Part shown: positions 38,369 to 51,979 of the stretch, piece after piece
How positions within the stretch are numbered: position 1 is the first letter of the stretch
Layout of the letters: the number at the start of each line of letters is the position of its first letter
Source: Mobula hypostoma
Taxonomy: Eukaryota
DNA length: 64,000 nt
Direction of reading: 5' to 3'
Assembly (NCBI RefSeq): GCF_963921235.1
Contig: NC_086097.1
Span: 209,190,001-209,254,000, forward strand
Program-made: the position numbers and the translations under genes
The notes under the pieces: model-generated
What the model saw: only the letters and a program-made list of their open reading frames with translations
Told to the model about the DNA's origin: nothing
Database searches by the model: none

Positions 38369-38505
38369 GTAAGTGTCACAGCAATCTCGTACAAACTTCA
38401 CCAGATGGCTTCTGTTGTGTATAAGAAATGTTCTGTTATCTTAATGAACAGACGTTTCTGCATTTTTGCTTAATGGAAACTGATGTCAACTTTTTATCTT
38501 TGCAG

Positions 38506-38537
38506 AACATGAGCTGGAATTGAGAAGAAAGGAAATT
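38506..38537 (+). CDS. RP1: Host gene exon 6: 32-nt linker micro-exon (KHELELRRKEI)
   Basis: Acceptor tctttgcag|AA and donor ATT|gtaaga; phase 1 to 0. Needed to keep the frame between exons 5 and 7. Confidence 0.82.
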
Positions 38538-38722
38538 GTAAGAAAACCTTCTTCCCTTTCTTGAATTAATTTCATGTAAACATGTTGAAAGTCCATTAGA
38601 TTTTGCAGAAGCATCAAACAGTTAAAACACAGATTGTATTTTGAAAAGTCAGTGTTTGTTGACTTAAATCTTACTTCCCTAATCAGCCCATTAATTAACA
38701 GTGCTTTTATCTCTCTAATCAG

Positions 38723-38852
38723 TGGGCTGTTGAGAAGTGGAAGTTCATGGCAGGGAGGATTTTGCAGTTTTATTGCAAACCAATAGGAAAATTCATACGC
38801 CTGATGCCAGATGGCACTGTTGATGCTACAGGAGAGAAAGATGATCGCAATG
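38723..38852 (+). CDS. RP1: Host gene exon 7: start of FGF-like beta-trefoil domain (WAVEKWKFMAGRILQFYCKPIGKFIRLMPDGTVDATGEKDDRN)
   Basis: Acceptor ctctaatcag|TGG and donor AATG|gtatga; 130 nt, phase 0 to 1. LQFYC..G.FIRL.PDGTVDA resembles the FGF core start (LYC..G..L.I.PDG.VDG). Confidence 0.88.
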
Positions 38853-39399
38853 GTATGAAATATTACAATGTAATTTAATAATGGAATTGGTAACTGAGTA
38901 GGCTGAAATTTATTTTCCCTTCATCTCAATGATATAAAGTTCCAAAAGTGAACCATATCAAAATAGCATATCACATGAAGTTATATATTATTAATATTCT
39001 GAGCTATGAAAACATTTATTAGGCTTGGTAGTAGTTACATCAATATACAGATATAACATAATTACTCAACTTGTATCTGCATTGAATAGTAAGAATGGCT
39101 CATTTATGGCAAAAAATTTCACTGTTCAGATCAACAGCAACACAGACATTGTTGAAACAACACCACAGAGATTTCCTCCTTAACAAAAAGCATTCGGGAA
39201 AGTAAAAATCTAATGACTTGGGAAATTTCAGAATTCCGTACAGAAGAACCTGGATTTGACAATGAAAGGAAAAATAAAATTTGAAAGTATCCCAGTAAAG
39301 AAAAGATGCCAAAGAGTTTCTGTAAAATATGTCAAACAGCTTCTGTAGAAACAACTAAAATGCCAAAAATTGGCTAATGCAAATGAGAGTTCCAAAAGT

Positions 39400-42300
39400 A
39401 TAAGACCATAAGGCTATAAGACAAAGGAGCAGGTCGGCCATTCAGCCCATTGAGTCTGCTCCGCCATTTTATCATGAGTTGATCCATTCTCCCATTTAGT
39501 CCCATTCCCCCGCCTTCTCACCATAACCTTTGATGCCCTGGCTACTCAGATACCTATCAATCTCTGTCTTAAATACACCCAATGACTTGGCCTCCACTGA
39601 CGCCTATGGCAACAAATTCCATAGATTCTCCATCCGCTGGCTAAAAAAATTTCTTCGCAACGCTGTTCTGAATGGGCGCCCTTCAATCCTTAAGTCATGC
39701 CCTCTCGTACTAGACTCCCCCATCATGGGAAACAACTTTGCCACATCCACTCTGTCCATGCCTTTCAACATTCGGAATGTTCCTATGAGGTCCCCCCTTA
39801 TTCATCTAAACTCCAAGGAATACAGTCCAAGAGCGGACAAACGTTCCTCATATGTTAACACTCTCATTCCTGGAATCATTCTAGTGAATCTTCTCTGTAC
39901 CCTCTCCAATGTCAGCACATCCTTTCTTAAATAAGGAGACCAAAACTGCACACAGTACTCCAAGTGAGTTCTTACCAGCGCCTTGTAGAGCCTCAACATC
40001 ACATCCCTGCTCCTATACTCTATTCCTCGAGAAATAAATGCCAACATTGCATTCGCCTTCTTCACCACCGACTCAACCTGGAGGTTAACCTTAAGGGTAT
40101 CCTGCATGACAACTCCCAAGTCCCATTGCATCTCAGAACTTTGAATTCTTTCCCCATTTAATTTATAGTCTGCCTGTTTATTTCTTCTGCCAAAGTGCAT
40201 AACTATACACTTTCCAACATTGTATTTCATTTGCCACTTCTTTGCCCATTCTTCCAATCTTTCCAAGTCTCTCTGCAGACTCTCTGTTTCCTCAGCACTA
40301 CTGGTCCCTTATCTATCTTTGTATTATCAGGAAACTTAGCCACAAAGCCATCTATTCCATAATCCAAATCGTTGATGTACAACGTAAAAAGAAGCGGCCC
40401 CAACACGGACCCCTGTGGAATACCACTGGTAACTGGCAGCCAACAGAATAGGATCCCTTTATTCCCACTCTCTGTTTCCTGCCAATCAGCCGATGCCCTA
40501 TCCACGTATGTAATTTTCCCGTAATTCCATGGGCTCTTATCTTGTTTAGCAGCCTCATGTGTGGCACCTTGTTAAAGGCCTTCTGAAAATCCAAATATAC
40601 AACATCCACTGCATCTCCCTTGTCTAGCCTACTTGTAATTTCCTCAAAAAATTGTAATAGGTTTGTCAGGCAGGATTTTCCTTTAAGGAATCCATGCTGA
40701 GTTCTGCATATCTTGTTATATGCCTCCTGGTACTCCGTAACCTCTTCCTTGACAATCAACTCCAACAACTTCCCAACCACTGATGTCAAGCTAACAGGTC
40801 TATAATTTCCTTTTTGCTTCCTTGCCCCCTTCTTAAATAGCGGAGTGACATTTGCAATCTTCCAATCCTCTGAAACCATGCCAGAATCTATCGACTTTTG
40901 AAAGATCATCGCTAATGCCTCTGCAATCTCCACAGCTACTTCCTTCAGAACATGAGGGTGCATTCCATCTGGTCCAGGAGATTTATCTACACTTAGACTA
41001 TTCAGCTTCATGAGTACTTCCTCTGTCGTAGTTGTGACTGCGCACACTTCTCTTCCCTGCCACCCTTGACTGTCCGGTATACTGCTGATGTCTTCCTCAG
41101 TGAAGACTCATGCAAAATACTCGTTTAGTTCCTCCGCCAGCTCCTTATCTCTCATTACAATTTCTCCAGCATCATTTTCTATCAGTCCTATATCTACTCT
41201 CACCTGTCTTTTACTCTTTATATACTTGAAAAAGCTTTTAGTATCCTCTTTGATATTATTTGCTAGCTTCCTTTCATAGTTCATCTTTTCCCCCTTCATG
41301 TCCTTCTTAGTTTCCTTTTGTAAGCTCTTAAAAACTTCCCAATCCTCTGTCTTCCCACTAATTCTTGCTTTCTTGTATGCCCTCTCCTTTGCTTTTACTT
41401 TGGCTTTGACTTCTCTTGTCAACCACGGTTGCATCCTTTTTCCACTCGAAAATTTCTTCTTTTTTGGAATATACCTGTCTTGCACCTTCCTCACTTCTCG
41501 CATAAACTCCAGCCACTGCTGCTCTGCTGTCTTTCCCGCCAGTGTCCCTTTCCAGTCAACTTTGGCCAGTTCCTCTCTCATGCCACTGTAATTTCCTTTA
41601 CTCCACTGAAATACTGACACATCGGATTTCGGCTTCTCTTTCTCAAATTTCACAGTGAACTCAGTCATGTTATGATCACTATCTCCTAAGGGTTCCTTCA
41701 CCTCAATCTCTCTAATCACCTCCGGTTCATTACACAATACCCAATCCAGTACAGCCGATCCCCTAGTGGGCTCAACAACAAGCTGTTCTAAAGAGCCATC
41801 TCGCAGACATTCTACAAATTCTCTCTCTTGAGATTCAGTGCTGACCTGATTTTCCCAATCTACTCGCATGTTAAAATCCCCCACAATTATCATAACACTG
41901 CCCTTCTGACAAGCCTTTTCTATTTCCTGTTGTTATTTGTAGTCCACATTACTGCAGCTATTTGGAGGTCTGTATGTAACTGCCATCAGGGTCCTTTTAC
42001 CCCTGCAATTTCTTAGCTCAACCCATAAAGATTCTGCACCTTCCAATCCTATGTCACCTCTTTCTAATAATTTGATATCATTTCTTACCAATAAAGCCAT
42101 GCCATCCCCTCTGCCTACCTGCCTATCCTTCCAATACACCATGTATCCTTGGACATTCAGCTCCCAGAGACAGGCATCCTTTACCCATGTCTCAGTGATG
42201 GCTACAGTATCATACCTGCCAATCTGTAGCTGTACAACAAGATCATTCACCTTATTCCTTTTGCTGTGTGCATTTAAGTATAACACTTTAAGACCAGTAT

Positions 42301-43770
42301 TTGGTACTTTTTGCTTTGATTGCACTGCAACTTTATTGCACTGCAACTCATCCCAATGGCTGCAAATTTGCCCCATCACCTGCCTGTCTTTCCTGACATC
42401 TTTACTGCTCACTATCTTAGCTTTATTTCTGTTTTCCCCTTCCTCTGTTCTATCATTCTGGTCCCCCTGCCAAATTAGTTTTTACCCTCCCTAACAGCTC
42501 TATTAAACCTTCCTGCCAGGATATTGGTCCCCTTTGGGTTCAGGTGTAACCCGTCGATTTTGAACAGGTCATACCTTCCCCCAGAAGAGATCCCAATGAT
42601 CCAAGAATCTGAAGCCCTGTCCCCTTCACCAGTCTCTCAGCCACGCATTCAAGTGCCTGATCCTACTATTCTTGGCCGCGCTAGCACGTGGCACAGGTAG
42701 CAATCCCGAGATTACTACCCTGGAGGTCCTGCTTCTCAGCTTCCTTCCTAACTCCCGGAAATCTCTCTTCAGGACCTCCTCCCTTTTCCTGTCTATGTCA
42801 TTGGTACCAACATGTACCAAGACCACTGGCTGCTCGCCCTCTCCCTTCAGAATATTCTGGACCCGATCCGAGACATCCCGTACCCTGGCAGCTGGGAGGC
42901 AACACACCATGCGGGTATCTCTATCAGGCTCACAGAATCTCCTGTCTGTTCTCCTGTCTATGGAATCCCCCACGACTACCGCATTCCTCTTCTCCCTCCT
43001 TCCCTCCTGCACAACAGCGCCAGGCTTAGTGCCAGAGACCCGGTCACTGTGGGCATCCCCTGAAAGGTCATCCCCGTCAACAGCATCCAGAACAAGATAT
43101 TTGTTGCTGAGGGGGCAGCCACAGGTGTGCTTTCCACTATCTGGGCATTTCCCTTCCCTCTTCTGACAGTCACCCAGTTTTCTGACCCCTGTAGCCTTGG
43201 GATGACTACCTCCCTGTAGCTCCTGTCTACCACCTCTTCACTTTCCCTGATAAGCAGTAGGTCATCAAGCTGCAGCTCCAGATCCCTAACACGGTCTCTG
43301 CGGAGCTGCAACTCTGTGCACCTGGCGCAGATGTGGCCATCAGGGAGGCTGGAGGTCTCCCAGGATTCCCACATCTGACACCCTGAACAAAGCACTAACC
43401 CAGCAGGCATGCTATCTAATTCTACAGGAATGAAACAGGAAAAATAAGTCTACTCACCCACTTACCTCGCCAAACATACGAACTTTTTAAACCGTTAGCT
43501 CCTACCATTAGCTGTGTGAACCCTGCTGTTTCTGTCTTTCTTGGCCGATTCGCCAAGGGGAAAAGAAGAGAGTTGGTGCCTCGCTCTCGCCTCTTCCCGT
43601 TACCGCCTAATCCCGTTGAAGCCAAAGCCCTACACTCTGCTGCCACTCACTCCACTGCCCTGTCTACGTCATGTGCCTGCGCAGTCTCGTCCTTCTTGCA
43701 CTCGAAGAAGTTTTTTAAAAACTGCCTTCCTTCAGAATTCAGCTCCCACAACGCTCTTCTTGTCCCGATC
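39400..43770 (-). mobile_element. Essentially full-length CR1 LINE (5'UTR, zinc-finger/leucine-zipper plus esterase ORF1, EN-RT ORF2, 3' tail)
   Basis: ORF 42976..43410 CSGC...CARC...LELQLDDL; ORF 42626..43012 GDS, HVGTND; EN ORFs 41108..42412; RT ORFs 39802..41047; tail ataagaccataaggctataagac. Confidence 0.92.
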
Positions 43771-43899
43771 CAAAAGATTTTTACACTCATGTTTTACTTG
43801 CCTCTTGGAAGGATACACAAGTATTCTCTTGGAATTACAGTAGAGATCAGAAAGTTTAAAATTAACAAGGAAATCAGACACAGTAGCATTAATAAAATC

Positions 43900-45730
43900 A
43901 AAAAAAAAAATTGGAAAAACAATGAGACTGAAATTCCATATAATCTCAGGACCTAATGACCCACAAACCAAAGCTCTGAAAGCATTGGTTATGGAAGTAG
44001 TGGACGCACTGATTGTTATATTCCAAAATTTCCAAGATTAGAGAATGGCAGTCACAGTTTAAGATGCAGAAGCTCCAACCATACTATTTAAGAAAAGAGT
44101 AAGAGGAAGAAAACAGGGATTGTCAGATCAGTTTGTCTAACATCAACAGAACAAAAACAAATCTAGAACTTATTATGACAGGAGTTAGAAAGCAATACAA
44201 TTATGCAAAATCAGCTTGAGTTTATGAAAGGAAAACTTGCTAAAGAATTTTTGAGGTTGTAATCATCAGAAGAGTAATGGAAAAACTAATTGATGAGGTG
44301 TATTTGCACTTTCAGAAAATGTTCATAAGAATCTAGAAAATATTATACAAAATTAGAAAGCTGAGAGTTGCAAGTAAAATACCGGGGGAAATGAAGCCCA
44401 CTTATGAATGGAAAACTTAATAGGAAAAAGTGGGTCATTTTTGAGTTAGCAAGCTGTGATTAATTGAGTTCCAATGTGATAGGTCCTGGGGGCCCAGATG
44501 TATCAGGGACTGGCGAGTAGCTGATCCTGATCCATTAATCAAGAAAGGAAACATGAATAATACTGGAAACTATGGATGGCTGAGTCTCATGTCAGTGGTA
44601 AAGAAGTTCCTGGAAAGAAATTTTAGGGATAGGGTTTATGAGCATGCCTTAATGAGAAAGAGCCAGCATGGATTTATGCAGGGCATGTGATGAGGTTGAG
44701 ATTTTTGACGAGGTGACGAGGTTGATTGATGAAAGTAGTGCTATGGATGTTGTCTATATGGATTTTAATAAGGCTTTTGATAAGGTCCCTCAGGGAGACT
44801 CATCCAGAAGGTTAACATGCATGAGAATAAGGATGAATTGGTCTTTGGACTCAGAACTGGGTTGCAATAGAAGCTAGAGGGTAGTGGTCGAAGGGACTTA
44901 TTCTAGTTGGAGGTCCCTGATTAATGGTGATCTGCAGAGATCTGTACTGGGACGTTTGCTGTTTGCCATGTATATAAATGACCTGAAACAAAATGTAGAC
45001 GGGTGGCTTAGTAAGTTTGCAAATGATCTGAAGATTGGTGGCATTGTCGATAACGTATAAGGCTGTCAAAGAATGCAGTGGGATATAAGTTAGTTGCAGA
45101 TATGGGTGGAAAAATGGCAGTTGATGTTTAACTCAACCAAATGTGAAGTGTGGCACCTTGCTAGGTTAAATGTAAAGAGACAGTACACTGTTAAGGGCAA
45201 GACCCTTAACAGTGTTGATGAGCGGATGAGTTTTAGAGTCCAAGTTCATAGCTCCCTGAAAGTGGCAACACAGATTGGTAGGGAGATTAAGAAAGCATAT
45301 GGCATTCACACCTTTATTAGTCACGGCAATGAGTTCAAAAGTCAGGAAGTTATGTTGCAGACTTATAAAACTCTAGTTAGGCTGCATCTGGAGTATTGCA
45401 TACAGTTCTGATCGCCCCATTGTTGAATGGATGTTGAGCCTTTGGAGAGGGTGCACAAGAGGTTTATCAGGATACTATCTGGAATAAAGGATACATGCTA
45501 TAATGGAAGGTTGTTTTCTCTGAAGTGGCAAAGGCTGAGGGGAGACCTGACAGAGATTTATAAAATTATGAGAGGCATAGAGGAGACAGACAATATTATT
45601 TTCCCAGGGTTAAAATGTTTAATATTAGAAATCATGCATTTAAGGTGAGAGGGGGTCATTTCAACGGTAACGTGAGGGTCAAGTTTTACACAGAGAGTGG
45701 TTGATACCTGGAATATGCTGCCAGAGATAG
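43900..45730 (+). mobile_element. Old CR1 RT fragments (at least two copies)
   Basis: ORFs 44668..44877 (DVVYMDFNKAFDKVP) and 45094..45411 (LVRLHLEYCIQF). Confidence 0.75.
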
Positions 45731-46823
45731 ATACATAAGTAATAAGACCATAATACATATGAGCAAAATTAGGCCATTTGGCCCATTGTGTCTGCTCCAC
45801 TGATTTTTATCCCCCTCAAACCCATTTTCCTGCCTTCTCCCCTAACATTTGACACCTTGACTAATCAAGAACCTATCAACTTCTGCTTTAAATACACCCA
45901 ATAACTTTTCCTCTTTCGCTGTCAGTAGCAATTAAATCCACAGATTCACCACCCTCTGGCTAAAGAAATGCCTTCTCATCTCTGTTCTAAAAGGGTGTCT
46001 CTCTCTATTCTGAGGCTGTTCCCTCTGGTCCTAGACTCACCCAAAGTAGGAAGCATCCTCTCCACATCCACTCTAGGCCTTTTAATATTCGATGAGTTTC
46101 AGTGAGATGCTCCCCACCCCCACTTCATTCTTCTAAATTCCAGCGGGTACAGGCCCCGAGCTATCAAATGCTCCTCATACATTAACCCTTTCATTCCCTG
46201 AATCATTCTTGTGAACCTCCTCTGGAACCTCTCCAATGCCAGTATATCTTTTCTTAGACTAGGGGCCCACAACTGCTCACAATACTCCAAGCGCAGTCTA
46301 ACCAATGACTTTTAAAGCCCCTGCTCTTTGCTCTTATATTTTAGTCTCCTCGAAATGATTGCTAACATCGCACTTGCCTTCCTTACCACCAACTCAACCT
46401 TCAAGGTAACCTTTCGGGAATCCTGCACATGGACTCCCAAGTCTCTTTGCACCTCCGATTTTTGAATTTTCTCCCCATTTAGAAAATAATCAATGCCTTT
46501 TTCCCTTCTACCAATGTGTGTGACCATACACCTGTCTATACTAAATTCCGTCTGCCACTTTGACACAATTTTTCTCCCAATCTGTCCAAGTTTTTCTGCA
46601 GGCTCCCTGCTTCCAAAACACTACCTGCCCTTCCACCTATCTTTGTATTGTCTGCAAACTTGGCCACATAGCCATCAATTTCATCATCCAAATCACTGAC
46701 ATATAACATAAAAAGAAGTGGTCCCAACCCCATACCCTGTGGAACACCACTTGTGGCCAACCAGAATAGGCCCCCTTTATTCCAACTCTTTGCCTCCTGC
46801 CAATCAGCTAATCTTCTATCCAT

Positions 46824-47241
46824 TGCTTTTCATTTCAGGACGAGGGATATGTCCTCCTTTTTTAAAGAAAGGGGCTTCCCTTCCTCCACCATCAACTCTG
46901 CTCTCAAACGCATCTCCCCCATTTCACGCACATCTGCTCTCACTCCATCCTCCCGCCACCCCACTAGGAATAGGGTTCACCTTGTCCTCACCTACCACCC
47001 CACCAGCCTCCGGGTCCAACATATTATTCTCCGTAACTTCCCTATCATTTTGGATCTCCCCCTCCCCCTCCCACTTTCAAATCTCTTACTAACTCTTCCT
47101 TCAGTTAGTCCTGACGAAGGGTCTCGGCCTGAAACGTCGACTGTACCTCTTGCTAGAGATGCTGCCTGGCCTGCTGCGTTCACCAGCAACTTTGATGTGT
47201 GTTGCTTGAATTTCCAGCATCTGCAGAATTCCTGTTGTTTG
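46824..47241 (+). mobile_element. Internally deleted PLE family B copy ending in pLTR with intact hammerhead
   Basis: MSSFFKERGFPSSTINSALKRI...RNF fused directly to the pLTR. Same 3' end cctgttgtttg as 25336. TSD AATC(T/C)TCTATCCAT at 46810-46823 and 47242-47255. Confidence 0.88.
47106..47143 (+). ncRNA. Minimal type I hammerhead ribozyme (PLE-derived), intact core
   Basis: Identical 38-nt motif to 5864-5901; predicted cut after 47138. Confidence 0.8.
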
Positions 47242-48689
47242 AATCCTCTATCCATGTTAGTATCTTTCTTGTAATACCATGGGCTCTTATCTTGTTAAGC
47301 AGACTCATGTGCAGCAGCGGGTCAAGGACCTTCTGAGAATCCAAGTAAGCAAAATCCACTGCCTGTTATACTTCCTCAAAGAATTCCACAGATTATTCAG
47401 GCAAGGTTTCCCCTTAAGGAAATGATGCTGACTTTACCATGTGCCTAAAGCATCCCAAAACCTCATCCTTAATAATGGACTCCAACATGTTCCCAACCAC
47501 TGAAGTCAGGCTAACCGGCCTATAATTTCCTTTCTTCTGCATTTCTCCCTTCTTAAAGAGTGGAATGACATTTTTGCAGTTTTACATTCCTCCAGAACCA
47601 TTGCAGAATCTTGTGATTCTTGAAAGGTCATTACTAATGCTTCCACAATCTCTTCAGTTACCTCTTTCAGAAGTCTGGGGTGTAGTCCATCTGGTCCAGC
47701 TGGCTTATCTACCTTGAAACCTTTCCGATTCCCAAGCACATTCTCCTTAGTAATAGCAACTACACTCACTTCTGCCCCCTGACACTCTCGAACATCTGGC
47801 ATATTGCTGGTGTCTTCCACAGTGAAGACTGACGCAAAAGTACTTATTAAGTTCATCTGCCATTTCTTTGTCCCCTATTACTACCTCTCCAGCATCATTT
47901 TCCAGTGATGCAATATTCACTCTCATATCTCTTTTACTGCTTATATATCTGAAAAAAACTTTTCAAGTCCTCTTTGATATTTTCATCTAGCTTATCTTCA
48001 TATTTAATCTTTTCTCTCCTTATCCCTGCACCTTCTGAATTGCCCCCCAGAAACAACAACCATTGCTGTTTCTGTCATGATCACTGCTGGTATTCCCTTC
48101 CAATCAACTTTGGTCAGCTCCTCTTTCATGTCTCTGTAATTCCATTTAATCCACTGTAATACTGATATATCTGACTTTGTCTCCTCCCTCTCAAATTACA
48201 GAGTGAATTCTATCATATTATTATCACTGACTTCCAAAAGTTCCTTTACCTCAAGTTCCCTAATCAAATCTGGTTCATTACACAATACCCAATCTAGAAT
48301 TGCATAATAAGCTCAACCACAAGCTGCTCTAAAAAGCTACCTTGTAGGCATTGACTCGCTTGGGATCCAGCACCAACCTTATTTTCCTAATTTACCTGCA
48401 TATTGAAATCCTTCCTGACTATCATAACATTGCCCTTATTACATGCCTTTTCTATCTCCCGTTGTAGTTTTCATCCCACATCCTGGCTACTGGCTAATTC
48501 CTATCAGGGTCTTATTACCCTTGCAGTTTCTTAACTCTACCCACAAGGATTTTACATCTTTTAATCCTACTGAACGTCACCTCTTTCTCAGAATTTGATT
48601 ACATTTTTTACCAACACAGCACACTACCCCTCTACCTACCTGCCTGTTCTTACATTACAATGTGTATTCTTCGATGTTAAGCTCCCAAC

Positions 48690-49672
48690 TATAAGACGAT
48701 AAGACATAGGAGCAGAACTAGGCCATTCAGCCCATCGAATCTTCTCCACCATTCCATCATGGCTGATTTTTTTTATCCCTCTCAACCCCATACACCTGCC
48801 TTCTTGCCATATCCTTTGATACCCTGACCAATCAGGAAACTATCAACTTCTGCCTTAAATATACCCACAGACTTGGCCTCTACCACTGTCCGTCATAGAG
48901 TATTCCACAAATTCACACTCTCAGGATAAAAAATTCCTCCACAGCCACTCTGTCTGGGCCTTTTAATATTCAATAGCTTTCAATGAGATCTCCCCTCATT
49001 CTTCTAAATTCCAGTGAGTATAGGCTCAAAGCTGCCAAACACTCCTCATATGTTAACCCCTTCATTCCCAGAATCATCCTCGATAACTTCCTCTGGACTT
49101 TCTCCAATGGCAATACATCCTTTCTGAGATATGAGGCTCAAAACTGTTGAGAATACTTGAAGTGTAGCCTGACTAGTGTCTTTAAAAGCCTCAGCATTAT
49201 CTCCTTGCTTTTATATTCTATTCCACTTGAAATAAATGCCAACATTGCATTTGCATTCTTTACCACAGACTCAACCTGTAAATTAACCTGGGAGAATTGC
49301 ACGCAGACTCCGAAGTCCCTTTTCACTCCTAATGTTTGAACATTCACCCCATTTAGATAATAGTCCACACTATTGTTCCTTTATCTTCAAGTATCCCGAG
49401 ACCTCATCCTTAATAATAGACTCTAACACTATCCCAACCAATAACGTTAGGCTCACTGGCCTATAATTTGCTTTCTTTTGCCTTCCTCCCTTATTAAAGA
49501 ATAAAATGACATTTGCAATCTTCGGGACAATGTCAGAATCAAGTGATGCTTGAAAGATCATGACTAATGCATTCTTCAGCAACCTCTCTCAGGACTCTGG
49601 GATGTAGTCCATCTGGTCCAGGTGACTTATCCACCTTAAGACCTTTGAGTTTGCCTAGCACTTTTTCCTTTG
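48690..49672 (-). mobile_element. Internally deleted CR1 LINE 3' portion
   Basis: ORFs 49138..49368 and 49370..49582 (NYRPVSLT); 3' tail ataagacgataagacataggagcagaa. Confidence 0.8.
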
Positions 49673-49674
49673 TA

Positions 49675-50810
49675 TATACCAGAAGTGAGGTGAGAGTGAT
49701 AGCCCTCGATTTAAAGGCAGCATTTAACCAAGTATGGCATTAAGGTGCCCTGGCTAAAATGGAGTCAATGGGAATTAGGGGGAAAACCCTCCACTGGTTG
49801 GAATCATACCTGACACAAAGGAAGATGGTTCTGGTGGTTGGAGGTCAATCATCTCATCCTCAGGATATCACTGCAGGAATTCCTCAGGGAAGTGTCCTAG
49901 GACCAACCATCTTCAGCTGCTTCATCAGTGACCTTCCTTTCCTCATAAGGTCAGAAGTGGGGATGTTCACAGATGACTGCACAATGTTCTGCACCATTCA
50001 TGACTCCTCAGGTAGTGAAGCAGTTCATACCCAAATGCAAGTGGCAAATAACATTCGAGCCATGCAAGTGCCAGGCAATGACCATCTCCAACATGAGAGG
50101 CTCTAACATCATCCCTTGACATTCAGTCACATCACCATCACTGAATCCCCTATAATCAACATCCTGGGAGTTACCATTGACAGGAAACTAACGTGGTCTA
50201 GCCATATAAACATCATGGCTACCAGAGTAGGTCAAAGGCTAGGAATCCTGTGGCGTGCAACTCACCTTCTGACTCCCCAAAGCCTGTCCACCATCTTCTA
50301 GGCTCAGGTCAGGAGTGTAATGGAATACTCGCCTCTCGCATGGATGAGTGCAGCTCCATCAACACTCAAGAAGCTTGACACCATGCAGTACAAGGCAGCC
50401 CACTTGACTGGCACCCCTTCCACAAGCATCCAATCCCTCCACCATCGATGAACAGTTGCTGCTTTGTGTACTACCTACAAGATGCACTGCGACAGCACAC
50501 CAAAGCACCTTCCAGACCCATGACCACTACCATCTAGAAGGACGAGAATAGCAGATGCCTGGGAATACCACCACTTGGAAATTCCCCTCCAAGTCACTCA
50601 CCATCCTGACTTGGAAACACATCACCATTCCTTCATTGTTGCCTGGTTAAAATCATGGAATTCCCTCCCTAACAGGACTGTGGGTGTACCTACATCGCAG
50701 GAACTGCAGCGGTTCAAGAAGGCAGCTCATCACCAGCTTTTCAAGGGGAACTAGGGATGAGCAATAAATGCTGCTGGCGATGCCCATATTCATTAAATAA
50801 AGAAAAAAAA
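49675..50810 (+). mobile_element. CR1-group (Zenon-like) LINE, RT to A-rich tail
   Basis: ALDLKAAF.QVWH, GIRGKTLHWLESYL, GIPQGSVLGPTIF, MFTDD; ends aaataaagaaaaaaaa. Clearly distinct from neighbouring CR1s; clade name tentative. Confidence 0.75.
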
Positions 50811-51979
50811 TCATACCGACCAATCTCTAATTGTGCCACGAGTTCATTCACCTTACTCTGAATACTATGCACATTTAAATACAGCACCTTCAGTCCTGAA
50901 TTCTTCACCCTTTTGAATTTTGTCTCTGTGCTACAATTTAACTCTTTGCTCTGTCTGCATTTGTACTCAATCATTGGTTTGTCCTTCCTTACATTCATGT
51001 TACACCCATCATCTACTTGTAAACCTGCTGGCTCATCCTCAGCTCTATCGTACGTGTTCCCTCCCCAATTACGTAGCCATCGCGGAGGCTGATGGTCTCC
51101 TGGAAATCCCTCATCTGACACCCAGAACAGAACACTGGCCCTGTGAACTCACCTCCATTCTCTCAAGAGTTAAATATGAAAGAAGAAATAAGGAATGAAC
51201 TTACCTACTTACTTTGTCTCTGCCTGTTCTTGCGGAAGCCCTGTTGAACCAAATCCTTACCACTCTGACTCAGACTGCTCCAATGATGACTGCTCCCATG
51301 ACGACAGTACTGTTAGACGGTACCTGTCTTTTATGGATACTAGGTCTTTACAGCTCTTTGCCGGACTTGCATGGGAACGCTTCTGTTGCACCTGTGCAGT
51401 ACTCCCATCAACAACTCCCACTGAAAAGAACTTCCGGCTTTTTAAAGCTCTTTCAGTGATACCAACAACATCATACCTGCCAATCTCTAACTGTACAACA
51501 AGATCATCTACCTTTTTTCCATATATTGCATGCATTTATATGTATCTTCCCACATTCATACCTCAGGAACTTTTAAGAGACAATTAGACATATGAATGTG
51601 AGGAAAATGGAGTGGTATGCACGTCGTGTAGGCAGAGGAGATTAGTTTAGTTAGCCATTTGATTATTAATTTAATTGGTTCAGCACAACCTTGTGGGCTG
51701 AAGGGCCTGTCCCTGTGCTGTATGTTCTATGTTGTATGTTTGTTGATTATTTAAAACTAAGAGATAGTGCAAGCTGTGAGGTAGATGCAGAGGGAATTCA
51801 GGAGAATAAACATGTTAAATGAAAAAGGGAGGGATTGTAATTGCAATAATATATGGAAAAAATGTGAGGTCAAACACTTTTTTCCAAAGAAAAGGAAGAA
51901 ACAAATGGGAATGCAGAGAACAAATGCTTCCCAGTAACCCATTGGTTTTATACCAAGTTTGAGATCTTGATCTTTGAAT

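Larger units (their letters stand above)
45735..51300 (-). mobile_element. CR1 LINE with deletions, interrupted by PLE (46824-47241), CR1 (48690-49672) and a Zenon-like LINE (49675-50810)
   Basis: RT ORFs 46099..46823 and 47506..47856. The EN start (LKVLYLNVHSIQSKVNELVAQLEIGRYD) resumes at about 50810-50950. Confidence 0.75.

Noticed and set aside
39530..43166. Many 60-190 aa ORFs antisense to LINE ORFs (also 27359-27901, 31162-32774, 55151-55729)
   Set aside because: These are shadow ORFs on the opposite strand of CR1/RTE coding sequence, with no independent motifs or splice support.
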